From positions 5,442-69,441 of the IMG/VR virus record IMGVR_UViG_2636415918_000004: a stretch of DNA of 64,000 nt, one strand, 5' to 3'. The position numbers and the translations under genes were made by a program. How positions within the stretch are numbered: position 1 is the stretch's first letter; every line of letters begins with the position of its first letter. Positions 19,449 to 29,760 of the stretch are shown in pieces. Below the pieces are notes generated by a model. That model had not been told where the DNA came from. It did not search any database and saw only the letters and a program-made list of their open reading frames with translations. The DNA comes from a virus (lineage: Duplodnaviria > Caudoviricetes).

Positions 19449-20249
19449 TTATTTTCCAGAATTCGTATTCGGAACTGCAAAAGGTAAACTAAATACAGAT
19501 TCAACATTTTCAAGTTCTGCATAAATCCAAATTCGGGAAAATTGTCCGTTCCAGAAATTTGGTGCTTCGACAATTAAACTAGCCAATTCTTGTTCTGTAC
19601 TGGCATCTTTGATTGTGAGCAATGCTCGCTTATCAGTGAGCAAATTCATTCCAACAATATAAGCACTTGTTAAAGATGTTGTATCAATATTGCCTTGTGG
19701 CGCAGTTCGACCGTTAAATAATTGAATTCTCTGAATATCAGGACGCTCTTTTACAACAGCAGACTCATCACTAAACTCACCGATTTTCGTACCAAAATCA
19801 AATGCAATCAGTAATTTCTTTGTCGTATTTGGATTTACAGTAAATTGTAATTCCTCACCAGTATTAAAAGGCTTTGTTGCAAATAGAGAAGGTAACGGTT
19901 CAGCAGACGAATTCCCTTCTTCAAGTGCTAAGCCTCCCGTATAGCTCAGCACACCATTTGAAATCGCACAGTTGGTCAATGTCCATTCAGCAGTTTCCTC
20001 ATTCACAATAACGTCTGTGCTCGTAACTACTTCTTGTTGTTTAAGTTCATTGAGCTGGACAATATTGTTTTGAATTTGCTGAAATGCAACTTCACCATGC
20101 ACCCGAACAATAGTCTCAGTTTGAATCTGTAAACCTGTCAACGGTTCAACGATTTTGAAACTGGTATTGTTATTGATTGTGACATCTCGAATTGTAGGCT
20201 GATCACCTAGTGCATCCAGAAGCGGATTTGTTCCATTGAACTCAGTCAT
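19449..20249 (-). CDS. Virion protein, possible head decoration with a beta-rich C-terminal domain
   Basis: Downstream of the capsid gene; N-terminal domain resembles the C-terminus of the upstream ORF. Confidence 0.5.
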   Translation of the reverse strand: MTEFNGTNPLLDALGDQPTIRDVTINNNTSFKIVEPLTGLQIQTETIVRVHGEVAFQQIQNNIVQLNELKQQEVVTSTDVIVNEETAEWTLTNCAISNGVLSYTGGLALEEGNSSAEPLPSLFATKPFNTGEELQFTVNPNTTKKLLIAFDFGTKIGEFSDESAVVKERPDIQRIQLFNGRTAPQGNIDTTSLTSAYIVGMNLLTDKRALLTIKDASTEQELASLIVEAPNFWNGQFSRIWIYAELENVESVFSLPFAVPNTNSGK

Positions 20250-20820
20250 TGCTTAAAACCTCTAAGTTTTTGCCAAGGTCTTTAAATTGCTTAATGTTAT
20301 TAAGCACACCCTGCTTTACCATTAAATTTGCACAGGCAATTTGAACCGTCTGACCTGCATTAATTGATGTCTTTGTAAGCGGTTCATAAACCGATTTGAC
20401 ACCACTGTTTTTAACTTCGATAACCAAACCTTTGGGTTTAGTTGATTCTGGTCTGGCTACTTTTTCTACAACGATATTTTCGTTGTTAGGTTTTGGATCA
20501 GATTCAGTAGACGGCGTTGGCTCATTTTCTTTAGGTTGAGTGCCTTGTGTAGCATCTTTATTCGTATCTTGATTTAATTCAGAAGCATTTGCCTCTGAAC
20601 TTTCACCAGCTTCTTTTTTTTGCTCTACTTGCTGAATTTCAGCCTGTGAAGATGATGTTTCTGCTTTTGCAGCTTCACTATTAGAATTTGCGTCGTCCGT
20701 TTTAGCTGCATTGTCTTTCACTTCAATATCAGCGTCTTGATTGGCAACCTGTTGAACTGGTTCAACTGCTTTTGGTTTTTGACTACGTTGTTTTGGTTTT
20801 ACTTCATTTACATCAGCCAT
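20242..20820 (-). CDS. Virion/head-associated protein with a disordered N-terminus
   Basis: Low-complexity E/S/Q/N/P region, then a roughly 60-aa EPLT-containing domain. Confidence 0.5.
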   Translation of the reverse strand: MADVNEVKPKQRSQKPKAVEPVQQVANQDADIEVKDNAAKTDDANSNSEAAKAETSSSQAEIQQVEQKKEAGESSEANASELNQDTNKDATQGTQPKENEPTPSTESDPKPNNENIVVEKVARPESTKPKGLVIEVKNSGVKSVYEPLTKTSINAGQTVQIACANLMVKQGVLNNIKQFKDLGKNLEVLSND

Positions 20821-20853
20821 CGTATTTCACCATTTTGTTATAAATTAGATAGA

Positions 20854-20886
20854 AATGACAAAGGCGCACTTAAGCGCCTTTGTCAT
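20854..20886. terminator. Stem-loop after the capsid gene (terminator or mRNA stabiliser)
   Basis: atgacaaaggcgc-acttaa-gcgcctttgtcat, 13-bp perfect stem. Confidence 0.7.
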
Positions 20887-20892
20887 ATACGA

Positions 20893-22665
20893 TTAACTTT
20901 TTAATCGTGGCATATTGATTGCTTTGAGTAATGCAAACTGATCTGCATAACGGTCGAGTGGATTTAATTCAGCAGCTTGAGAACCGATCAAAGCAAGTAA
21001 GCTTTCACGCGGATCAGGCGTTGCCTCACTCACGGTTAATGGCATTTCAATGAAGCCGACAAGCGGATTGCGTACAGGTTCACTGCCACGACCAACTAAC
21101 TCCATCTCAAAAGTTTGATCAGATTCAACCAGAACACCAGCAGAGGTTGGCAAATGATAAACATTGGTACCATCAGCTAAAGTACCAATTCGCACGATTT
21201 GACCATGACCAGCCGTGGCACCTGTTTTGACTGGCATTTTGTCAGCCGATAATTGAGCAAAGAACACTTTTGCACTATCACCGACGTACAAATCAAAGCC
21301 TACGGTTGCACCACCAGAATCTTGCACGATTCCGATTTTTGCAGCTTCAATATACTTCATTAGCTCGCCGAACAAGTCACCCGACGTGTTATATGCAGCA
21401 GCTAAATTACCAGCAACACCACGGCTTGCATCGAACGTAAATTCACGATCATTATATTGTGCACGTTCTTTGCCTTCGCCAAGTAGTCGCACAGTTTGCT
21501 CAAGATAAATTTTGCCTTGCATTAATGATAATGCGGTTCCAACAAAGCCAATATTCAACTCATTAGTGATCTGATTCACTAATAATTTTGATGCACGGAT
21601 TTGAGTGACAATTGGTGAACTCACCATCGTTTCATATTCAGGCGAAATACTGATACCAACAGGATCAAGCTTAAACTTATTATTTACGTCTTTCGCTTCA
21701 TAATCAGCGACCAAGAATACTTCCGCTTTTACACCATTCGGTAATGCTTGGTTGAATGTTACTGAGATTGTGCTGTCATCCAAGTTAATTGTGCTTGCAG
21801 TCACGCTATATTCAGCACCTGCGATTTTTGCTGATTTCTCAGTAATTGCAGAGATTTGACCAGCCAATTTCGACTTACTGCGGTTTCGTGTGTGCGCAAC
21901 TTCTTTACCGTTGATGCGAATCGAGATATTGCCACCGATAAAAGGCAATAATGGTGCATTTACGTCTGGTGTTTTATCTGCGTAATTCGCATATTTTGTG
22001 CGTGCGGTTGTTGAATAGGTTGTACCTGCACCACCATTATCCAATACAAATCGGAAACGACCTTCTGAATATGGTTTAGATGCATTTACACCATCTAAAT
22101 ACTCACCTTTTGCCATCGCACCAAATGCACGATCAGTGGTAAATCGCGCTGCAACAATTGGCACTTCATTTGAACCATTGCTATTGGGAATATAGGCAAT
22201 AATTGGAGAAGCAAAGGCAATTAACGTTGCAATCGTTGCAACCGTCATAGCTGGAACAATACTGACAGACTCATGATGTGTATTACTTACATCATCGAAT
22301 CCTGATTCTAATTGTTCAAGATTTTGTTTATGTGTACCAGTAAAACCGCTTACTTTTTTTGCCATGCATAAACCAGCATCTAAAGCAGTGGCCAACACAG
22401 ATGCATGTGGTAAATCACCACCATGGCAATATTGATATTGTGACAGTCCAACTTTAATCGCATTATCAACATCTGCTGCACTATCAAAGCCAACAATATT
22501 TAAAATTTCATTTAATGCAGTTGGTCGAGTCTCAGCCATATGATTGACACTGTCAAAACCAGCTTCACCATTTTTATAAAAATAGTTTTGGCATTGTGTA
22601 GTAGCTGCTAATTGCGCTTGATAAAGTGCACTTTGAGGATCAGATAAAACTGACATTTTTTTCAC
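20893..22665 (-). CDS. Major capsid protein precursor (P1 gp23-like)
   Basis: 590 aa; N-terminal pro-region with GFDS repeats; GTLADGTNVYH and LVGRGSEPVRNPLVG resemble P1-like capsid proteins; own promoter and stem-loop. Confidence 0.75.
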   Translation of the reverse strand: MKKMSVLSDPQSALYQAQLAATTQCQNYFYKNGEAGFDSVNHMAETRPTALNEILNIVGFDSAADVDNAIKVGLSQYQYCHGGDLPHASVLATALDAGLCMAKKVSGFTGTHKQNLEQLESGFDDVSNTHHESVSIVPAMTVATIATLIAFASPIIAYIPNSNGSNEVPIVAARFTTDRAFGAMAKGEYLDGVNASKPYSEGRFRFVLDNGGAGTTYSTTARTKYANYADKTPDVNAPLLPFIGGNISIRINGKEVAHTRNRSKSKLAGQISAITEKSAKIAGAEYSVTASTINLDDSTISVTFNQALPNGVKAEVFLVADYEAKDVNNKFKLDPVGISISPEYETMVSSPIVTQIRASKLLVNQITNELNIGFVGTALSLMQGKIYLEQTVRLLGEGKERAQYNDREFTFDASRGVAGNLAAAYNTSGDLFGELMKYIEAAKIGIVQDSGGATVGFDLYVGDSAKVFFAQLSADKMPVKTGATAGHGQIVRIGTLADGTNVYHLPTSAGVLVESDQTFEMELVGRGSEPVRNPLVGFIEMPLTVSEATPDPRESLLALIGSQAAELNPLDRYADQFALLKAINMPRLKS

Positions 22666-22698
22666 CTTTGAAATAGGTTTTTGAAAATTGATAACCTA

Positions 22699-22738
22699 AT
22701 TTCGCATGTTGAAAAATGTCGAAATTATGGAGTTCCAA
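22699..22738 (-). promoter_or_regulatory. Putative late promoter of the capsid gene (TTGGAAC-N27-CGAAAT variant)
   Basis: gttccaa at 22732-22738, atttcg at 22699-22704, hairpin gaaataggtt/aacctaatttc. Confidence 0.6.
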
Positions 22739-22764
22739 TAGCAAATTAAGAAATGATAAAAATA

Positions 22765-22791
22765 AAAAAAGTCCATCATGATTGATGGACT
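22765..22791 (-). terminator. Rho-independent terminator
   Basis: aaaaaagtccatca-tgat-tgatggact; U-tract on the minus strand. Confidence 0.75.
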
Positions 22792-22813
22792 CATATAAGT
22801 AGTAATTTGTTGA

Positions 22814-23116
22814 TTATCCAGACACACCACTAGAAACATAAATTTCTACATCGGTACCAGCCATGACGACAAATCGCAATTTATCCCACGCATGTTGCCG
22901 AAAAGGTTCCGTATCTGGAACACCTGCGGTAATTGTTACTATTGGGGACCAGTGTTCCTCATTATCAATACTTGGACTAGGATGATTACTACCGAAAAAA
23001 TCAACCACTGCACCAGCACCAAGCACCTGGTAATTAAAAATGGCTGACGTACATTGTCCAACCATTTCCTTATCACCTGTACTTTTCCCTGTTTCATTGA
23101 AAACTAAATAGGTCAT
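22814..23116 (-). CDS. Small beta-sandwich virion protein
   Basis: 100 aa, beta-rich; variant late motif upstream (gttccg at 23184-23189, attttc at 23150-23155). Confidence 0.55.
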   Translation of the reverse strand: MTYLVFNETGKSTGDKEMVGQCTSAIFNYQVLGAGAVVDFFGSNHPSPSIDNEEHWSPIVTITAGVPDTEPFRQHAWDKLRFVVMAGTDVEIYVSSGVSG

Positions 23117-23197
23117 TGTCTTTATTACTTCAAACGATTTGATATGGATATTTTCAAAGAAAAATCTAATTTTTTTCTTATCAGTTCCGAAACGCTA

Positions 23198-24430
23198 TTA
23201 AGGATTAACTAAGCGCCCGATTGCTGTAGGTTTGAATGCAATAAATCCCCCGTCACTTGGGATTTGATACTGTAATTTCAAATATAGATTTCCATTCAAT
23301 ACATAAAACATTGCCAACATATTTGAATTGCTCGGCGCTTGAAAATAATTATTTGTATGAAAATTTATGGGAAATACTGCGACTTGAGATTCTACACCGT
23401 AGATATTTGTGACGAGCTGTTCGACCAAGTATTCAGAATTTGAAATATTAAATATCTTTAATCCTGCACCCATATAGCTAGGAATTGCCAATGCGCCATA
23501 GACCCACAACATTCCATCTTTCTTTGCAAATCTAAGGGATTTATGTTGTGTTACCCCCTGTAATGAAAAACCATTCATCGTAGCAGCATCAATCCAGTTA
23601 AAACCGCTTCCACCAGTTCCCATATTCTTAATTTGTGCTTGGATTTTTCCAAGCATTTGCCCAAGCGAATCTGAAGCAGAAATTTCAGCATTCGAACCTA
23701 GGGCATAAGTATTGAATATCACATCAAAGATTTTGTTTTGATTTGCTAAGCTTGAAAATAGACCTGTTAATGCGACTGGTGCGACATCTGCACTCTGTAA
23801 AGCACTATCAGCTTTTGAACCTTGGGCAGCTGTAGCTGCGCCTAAGCTTTGTGCTGTGATTTGACTCACCAGTTCCTGAGCTGTCCCAAGCTTTTCTGCA
23901 CCAATATTTGTACGCGCATTTTGCTTTTGAAGCTCTGTTAGCGCTTGAGTCGCAACATCAAATCGAATGCGATTCGCTACTGATAGATTGAGCGTATCAA
24001 TTATGCTTTGATTATTTTGTATAGCAGCTGCAAGCTCGTAAACTGTGTTTAAAGCTTCTGGAGCTGACCCAACTAGATCAGCAATCTGCTGATTAACATA
24101 TGCTTGATCTGCTTTTGTATCAACTAATTGAGTCAATAACGCTAAAGCTTGAATATCAGCTTTCGTGAGAATAGCTAAACGATTATTTTCAATTTGAACT
24201 TGTGTCGTTTCTAAATCAATTTGGTCTGCTTTGGTACCAATTTTTAGCTCGTTCGTTTGAGCCAAAGCTTGTACTTGATTTAAGTTTTCAGCTAATCCTG
24301 TTGTTTCTTCTCGACCTGTTTTGCCTTGTAAGGCTTCATTCAAATCTGTCTGATCAGATAAATTGCCTTTCACTGACCCCCAACGATTCGGACGATCACC
24401 AGATAAATTAATATGAGCTGCTGTTTTCAT
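23198..24430 (-). CDS. Tail fibre/collar-fibre-like protein
   Basis: WGSVKGNLSDQTDL, KAD repeats, LVGSAPEALNTVYELAAA and QKQNARTNIGA are common fibre motifs. Confidence 0.7.
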   Translation of the reverse strand: MKTAAHINLSGDRPNRWGSVKGNLSDQTDLNEALQGKTGREETTGLAENLNQVQALAQTNELKIGTKADQIDLETTQVQIENNRLAILTKADIQALALLTQLVDTKADQAYVNQQIADLVGSAPEALNTVYELAAAIQNNQSIIDTLNLSVANRIRFDVATQALTELQKQNARTNIGAEKLGTAQELVSQITAQSLGAATAAQGSKADSALQSADVAPVALTGLFSSLANQNKIFDVIFNTYALGSNAEISASDSLGQMLGKIQAQIKNMGTGGSGFNWIDAATMNGFSLQGVTQHKSLRFAKKDGMLWVYGALAIPSYMGAGLKIFNISNSEYLVEQLVTNIYGVESQVAVFPINFHTNNYFQAPSNSNMLAMFYVLNGNLYLKLQYQIPSDGGFIAFKPTAIGRLVNP

Positions 24431-24432
24431 GG

Positions 24433-25305
24433 TTACACCACTTTGAAAGGCAATATATGTTCGCCTATGACGACATCATTTTGCTTAATTGTGACTTCTA
24501 ACTGGGCATAATCTAACGGCCACTGGCTACTATCTGTTATTGATTCCACCCAAACACGCCCAACTTGATCACTATCTTTTTGAACATCCAAAGTAGAAAT
24601 GAGTTGACCAGCATTTGATTTCACTTGAGCTGTGATCTGCATATCATTAGTAAGTTCAAGACTTTGATTATTTTCTTTGTCAGTAAAGCTAATTCCTGTG
24701 TTAAAAACTTCGCCTCGTCTGAACTCTATTAAATCTCTTAACACTTTAATGGCCACCCTTAACTCTACTTCGCTCTGAATCGGATCAATACCTAACTCAT
24801 CACGGCGGTTTAAAACATACTTTTTACCAAAATCTGACATCAAAGTTTGCCCAGTGATTCCAACGATTTCAAACCATACAATGAATCCTTCATAGATCAT
24901 CAAAGCCAGCAAATCACCCTCTTGAAATTGGGTATCTGGTATCTCATTAATCTGCTCTGTCAAAGTGTCTAAATCAGCGTTGTAAGCAGCAATTTGAACG
25001 ATTAAGGTCAAATCACTAGGGTTATTCATACTGTTATTTTTATGAATCATACCCCCGTTAAACTTGTCTGCAAGAACATAGGCAAAACCTAAATGATCAT
25101 ATTCATAATTGGGTTCATCTTGGATTGATAAGGCATTCGCTTCGAATGAAAGCGGATCTACAGGTAGACCAGCATCTGCTGGATTGCTATATACAATTCG
25201 CTTACGCCATACTTGGCTTGGAATACTTCCTAGCGTATTCATAACAACACGTCTTGCAGCTAAATGACGGCCATTTGCTACTCGATTGACTGCATTATTT
25301 AGCAT
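24433..25305 (-). CDS. Neck/head-closure-like protein with an extra C-terminal BppU-like beta domain
   Basis: Context; C-terminal FRRGEVF...WPLDYAQLEV resembles the BppU N-terminal fold. Confidence 0.45.
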   Translation of the reverse strand: MLNNAVNRVANGRHLAARRVVMNTLGSIPSQVWRKRIVYSNPADAGLPVDPLSFEANALSIQDEPNYEYDHLGFAYVLADKFNGGMIHKNNSMNNPSDLTLIVQIAAYNADLDTLTEQINEIPDTQFQEGDLLALMIYEGFIVWFEIVGITGQTLMSDFGKKYVLNRRDELGIDPIQSEVELRVAIKVLRDLIEFRRGEVFNTGISFTDKENNQSLELTNDMQITAQVKSNAGQLISTLDVQKDSDQVGRVWVESITDSSQWPLDYAQLEVTIKQNDVVIGEHILPFKVV

Positions 25306-26467
25306 TTAGACCTCGCATATAAATATCAAAATCAGCTTGAGTAATTTCATTTCTTACCCAAAGATCAGCCATACGTTTGGCTTGAGTCTGTTTATCTTTA
25401 CTCAGTGTTTGCAGCACAGCTTCTAATTGAGCTTGAACTGCTAATTTATGCATCTTATTTTCTAAAGCTTTTATTTCTTTCATTTGCTTAGCAAAGTGCT
25501 TTTTAGCGACTTTTTCGGCACGTCGCATCATTTCCTGTTCAGCTTTTTGAATATTACTAACAATTGGTTTTGTGGTTCCCGTTTCTAAATCGGCTAATTG
25601 CTTATTAAGTTGTTCATTGATCTGTGCATCCGTCTGTTTATAGCGTGCACCGACTTGTTTTTTACGATCAATTTCAACTTGCTTTTTAAGATATTCAATT
25701 CCAGCTGGAGAAATAATCCAGTGCACCACGCGCAAAACATGCTTACAGGCAACACCAGATAAATGTGGATTACGATGTTTTGGAAAACCGCCTTCATCAC
25801 GACCTAATCCATAACCTCCGATGGTTGCCATGTAGCGAAACCAATAAGTATGACGTTTGCAATCACACTCAAATTTAATTTTCCCATTGGCAAGTCGGTT
25901 TTTTACCGTATTAACAGCTTCTTTTTTAATATCAAAAACAACTGAACCAAAGTTAGCAAACTCAACTTCGACATGATGGTTTTGGTCTTCGCTATCAGGA
26001 CCTGCATTCGTTAAAAAATGAACTAGTCCGCTTTTCCGACTGATAGGTACAGACATATAAATTTGCTGATTAGCGCGATCAATATCATCTTGCAGACTTA
26101 AATTAATAATGTTTTGAACCGTAATACCCTTTTTATATTGATCCTTCAGCAACAGGATATTGTCTTGAAACGCTAAAATGTCATCACGAGTTATTCGTCT
26201 TGGTGGTTCGCCCTTTTGCTGTCCTAGAGTTGTATATAAAACTTTTTCAACATCATAATCGACACCTTTGGCGATGTCTTCTGGACGTAAAAACATAGGA
26301 CGTGGGATTTTACGTCCACGATCATCATATTCAATTTCTCGTTCTGCGAATGCCCGTTGTTGATTGTCAGCACTTCTACGACCTTGCAAATCTCTACGCA
26401 ATTTGCCGTTTTTAAGTGCTTCTTGCATTTGATTATATGCATCTTGAAATGCTTCATTATTCGACAT
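25295..26467 (-). CDS. P1 PmgB-like morphogenesis protein with a SWIM-type zinc finger
   Basis: CDCKRHTYWFRY...NPHLSGVACKH. Confidence 0.6.
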   Translation of the reverse strand: MSNNEAFQDAYNQMQEALKNGKLRRDLQGRRSADNQQRAFAEREIEYDDRGRKIPRPMFLRPEDIAKGVDYDVEKVLYTTLGQQKGEPPRRITRDDILAFQDNILLLKDQYKKGITVQNIINLSLQDDIDRANQQIYMSVPISRKSGLVHFLTNAGPDSEDQNHHVEVEFANFGSVVFDIKKEAVNTVKNRLANGKIKFECDCKRHTYWFRYMATIGGYGLGRDEGGFPKHRNPHLSGVACKHVLRVVHWIISPAGIEYLKKQVEIDRKKQVGARYKQTDAQINEQLNKQLADLETGTTKPIVSNIQKAEQEMMRRAEKVAKKHFAKQMKEIKALENKMHKLAVQAQLEAVLQTLSKDKQTQAKRMADLWVRNEITQADFDIYMRGLNAK

Positions 26468-26475
26468 GCTGACAC

Positions 26476-26748
26476 CTACATCTGGTATTCACGGCGTAAG
26501 CGCATTACGTCAGAGATTAAAGGTACTGCAATTCGTTTTTCAGGTAACTTTTCCCAAATTCCAGACACACCACAAGCGATCTGAATCACATCCGTGTGAT
26601 TACGTGAACCATAAATTCTAAAGCTCAATAATGTAGGATCTTGTGCTTCATCTGATTTAATATCCCAGACAATAAGACTATTCAGCTTTCCCTGCTGAAT
26701 GTTCTTATTGATTAGATCTCTGATCGCATTTCGATATTCATTGATCAT
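26476..26748 (-). CDS. Small baseplate protein (LysM-like/tail X-like)
   Basis: DPTLLSFRIYG...IACG...IAVP pattern. Confidence 0.55.
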   Translation of the reverse strand: MINEYRNAIRDLINKNIQQGKLNSLIVWDIKSDEAQDPTLLSFRIYGSRNHTDVIQIACGVSGIWEKLPEKRIAVPLISDVMRLRREYQM

Positions 26749-26752
26749 AAAT

Positions 26753-28294
26753 TCAATGCCTCACATAGAATTCATGTATGCCATCAAGGTTTCCAGCTGG
26801 AAATGCTGAATCATTTATTGTTTTATTTACACTTGAAGAATAGTAAGCAACCTGATAAACCAACGTTTCATTATTTGGAGTTGAAACTGAACGCATTGAA
26901 AGCGGAATTGTGATAACAATATTTCCTTGATTATCTGTGGAACCACGAATAACTTTACAATCAACTGCTTCTAAATCACTTGGTGTTTGTGTTGTCTGTT
27001 TACCAACTTGAATAATAATCCACAAGGCAATATTACTTCCAAATAATCTTCGGTGATAATGAGGATTTACATTTGATGGGTCAGTAAAAGATGTGGTTGA
27101 ACTTAATCCTATATGTAGATTTTGATCTGCATCAAATCTTGACCATTCAGAACTTGAGAAATTTGTATAATCAAGCGGAATATCATTTGAAATACTTCCA
27201 TTTTCAACAATATTCGTTAAATTGACACTTGATTGGTATCCGACTGGACTAAATACTTTTGGACGATCATCAACATATATAGAACCACTAAAAAATCCCC
27301 AATTATCATCCCATACTTCACCATAAATTCTTACTTTTGCATATTCACCTGGGTTTAAGTAAAACACATGCTTAATTACTTCGTTATAAGTTTTTGAATT
27401 AACAGTAACGATATTATTTTCAGTGAGTTTTTGATTATTTTTATTAAAGATTGCTATATCTAATTTAGCATATCCCTCTGGCTGAAATTGAAGATTCAAG
27501 AGGAAATATCCATATGATCTAAATGGTTTGAAAGTTACAGTTTCATCATGCTTAACCCACCATTGTGGTGTTTTATGAAAAGCTAAAGTATCCCCTGTTT
27601 CGCCATTCCATCCGAATACTCGATTTTCATCTTTGATCTCAGTATTCACACTGGCTGTCATTTTTAGTTCTACACCAAAAGTTGATGCTAGGAGATATTG
27701 AGGATGAGGATTTGAAGCATTTTGATGTGCTGCAAGTAAAGAGACTAAATAATCGACAGCATTCTCAACATTGATGTCAATTAAACTATTCACCAATGTT
27801 TTAGTAGCATATTGAGGATGTGGATTAACACCATCAAGATGTTGATTCATTAGTGCAACGGCAATAGGTGTATTTGGATCAACACTAATAACTATGTTGC
27901 TTAAATTGAGATTGGATAAAATCATTCCAAAGGTGACAATTGATACAATATTCGCAACCAATCGAATTAACGGTGTATTGGAAGTTGTAGCTGCGATAGC
28001 AAATAAAACACCCTGATCTGTGATTAGTCCTAGTTCGTAACCGTCTGCGGTTTGAGTAGGTTCAATATTAGCAACGAATCTTAAAGTATGTGATATAGGT
28101 TCAACACTTCCACCATTCAAGGGATAACGCTCAAATTCAGATACAAGTGCCGAATTGGTTAATGTCATCGCATTTGACGGATCATACTTTCCTGAACCAA
28201 CGGCGATATGCGTCAATGAAACATTTAAGCCCAAACTAGCAGCATTGAGCGCTGCGTTTCGTCCTGCACTGGTTAAATAAAACTGAATAGCCAT
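26753..28294 (-). CDS. Tail fibre protein
   Basis: N-terminal baseplate-attachment domain (LTSAGRNA...THIAVGSG...ELGLITDQGVLFA) and two NPHPQY repeats. Confidence 0.8.
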   Translation of the reverse strand: MAIQFYLTSAGRNAALNAASLGLNVSLTHIAVGSGKYDPSNAMTLTNSALVSEFERYPLNGGSVEPISHTLRFVANIEPTQTADGYELGLITDQGVLFAIAATTSNTPLIRLVANIVSIVTFGMILSNLNLSNIVISVDPNTPIAVALMNQHLDGVNPHPQYATKTLVNSLIDINVENAVDYLVSLLAAHQNASNPHPQYLLASTFGVELKMTASVNTEIKDENRVFGWNGETGDTLAFHKTPQWWVKHDETVTFKPFRSYGYFLLNLQFQPEGYAKLDIAIFNKNNQKLTENNIVTVNSKTYNEVIKHVFYLNPGEYAKVRIYGEVWDDNWGFFSGSIYVDDRPKVFSPVGYQSSVNLTNIVENGSISNDIPLDYTNFSSSEWSRFDADQNLHIGLSSTTSFTDPSNVNPHYHRRLFGSNIALWIIIQVGKQTTQTPSDLEAVDCKVIRGSTDNQGNIVITIPLSMRSVSTPNNETLVYQVAYYSSSVNKTINDSAFPAGNLDGIHEFYVRH

Positions 28295-28319
28295 AGATCA
28301 CCTATTTATCACTATGGCT

Positions 28320-28361
28320 ATTTTGGGATTATTAAATAGTTGCTTAAGCGGTTAGTTCCAA
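28320..28361 (-). promoter_or_regulatory. Putative late promoter TTGGAAC-N29-CAAAAT (fibre operon)
   Basis: gttccaa at 28355-28361, attttg at 28320-28325; hairpin aatagccatag/ctatggctatt includes the start codon. Confidence 0.8.
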
Positions 28362-28362
28362 A

Positions 28363-29730
28363 TCACTCATTCATGAAATAGGATGCAAAAACACTACTTA
28401 AATTTAATGGCTGCAAATTTTCTAGTCTCATTTCGTCTCGACTTGGAATTTTATATTGCCCTGAATCATTTATGCGGTGTGGAATATTCACGGCTTCTTT
28501 TAAATATCGTGATTGCTTCTTATTTGTGCTAAACCTAAATTTACCTTTTTCAATCGCTGTCTGAAATTTGTTAAAGGCAAATGCTCGTTTATTAAAATAC
28601 TTTTCACGATTTCTTTGCTTAAAACAAGGTCCACCCCAAAGCATAAGTTTAAAATCAATTTTATTTTCTTCTAGCAATTTTTTTAATAATTCACCCTTAC
28701 CAGAACAGTTAAGGAGAATATTCATTGTAGGGTGCTGTTCTAATAAATTCTTTATAATTAAAAACATCGAGTTGAGGGAAAAATCCTTATAAAATGGAAT
28801 ATCAATTACTTCAACGCAATCTCTTTTATCAACTAAAGATAGCGCCATGACTGCTCTTTCACATGGAAAGTCTTGAATAGATAAAACCAATTGCCCACTA
28901 TCAACTGGTGATTGATTTAACTTTATCGAACTTAAAGCATTTTCAAAGTTTATTGAATATTTATAAAAGCTAGATTTCCTATAATATTCGCCATCTATCA
29001 CACATGACTTTAAGCCAATTTTCATAGCAAACTGATCTTGTTTACTCCAAACATGATTAGGATCTTCAGCTGAGCTAAACGTAAATTGCTTCCAATTTTC
29101 ATGGTTAGTAAATTGATGAAATTGACCAGTATTTAAAATATTTGTATCCATCTTTTGAGAGAATATACATCGGTTTTCAGGTTGTGCCATATTAGACAAA
29201 CCTACAGACAACCATTCATATTCGATATTTTCTGCATCAAAAGCAATAAATAAATAATTGTGATTCAATATCCCTGCAATACTTATAGGTCCAACACTGG
29301 AAGTATCTTTAATAATTTTAATGTAAGTAAAATATTCATACTTTTTGATGCTAAACATCTTTTGATTTTTCGTTATATATTTTGATAAATAGGATAATTT
29401 GTTTAAATCTAAGCGTTTTATAAATTTCTCTATAACACTATAAATCACAGCGTGAGAGTTATGGTCACTTGGTGTCATAATGATAGTTGCTGAATCTTTT
29501 ATAAACAGCAAATTATGAAGTGCAATTACCGCATAAGCTTCTATCATGCTGTCATTACATCCCCAACCATATTTAACTGAAATACGACTCCCCATAACTT
29601 CACTGTTTTCGAATAATAGTGCTTGTTGCCAAGTTGGTTGAAATCTAAAGGCATCAATAGAAAATTTTAAAATATCATTTTGATAAATTTGAAAATCTTT
29701 TATCCATTGTGGGTCATTATACAAAGACAT
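28363..29730 (-). CDS. Degenerate (catalytically inactive) paralog of the large terminase
   Basis: Colinear with the neighbouring terminase (PTWQQALLFE, GSRISV, VEVIDIP, WGGPCF, KYFNKRAFA, GQYKIPSRDEM) but lacks Walker A, Walker B and the nuclease Asp residues. Confidence 0.8.
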   Translation of the reverse strand: MSLYNDPQWIKDFQIYQNDILKFSIDAFRFQPTWQQALLFENSEVMGSRISVKYGWGCNDSMIEAYAVIALHNLLFIKDSATIIMTPSDHNSHAVIYSVIEKFIKRLDLNKLSYLSKYITKNQKMFSIKKYEYFTYIKIIKDTSSVGPISIAGILNHNYLFIAFDAENIEYEWLSVGLSNMAQPENRCIFSQKMDTNILNTGQFHQFTNHENWKQFTFSSAEDPNHVWSKQDQFAMKIGLKSCVIDGEYYRKSSFYKYSINFENALSSIKLNQSPVDSGQLVLSIQDFPCERAVMALSLVDKRDCVEVIDIPFYKDFSLNSMFLIIKNLLEQHPTMNILLNCSGKGELLKKLLEENKIDFKLMLWGGPCFKQRNREKYFNKRAFAFNKFQTAIEKGKFRFSTNKKQSRYLKEAVNIPHRINDSGQYKIPSRDEMRLENLQPLNLSSVFASYFMNE

Positions 29731-29760
29731 AATTCAAGCCTATAGCTAAATAGAATTTGA

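Noticed and set aside
23198-28294. Tail-fibre inversion (Cin/cix) or diversity-generating retroelement
   Set aside because: No invertase, reverse transcriptase, inverted fibre cassette or template/variable repeat pair seen
28363-29730. Calling the terminase paralog a pseudogene
   Set aside because: Unbroken 455-codon frame despite heavy divergence, and an intact promoter motif
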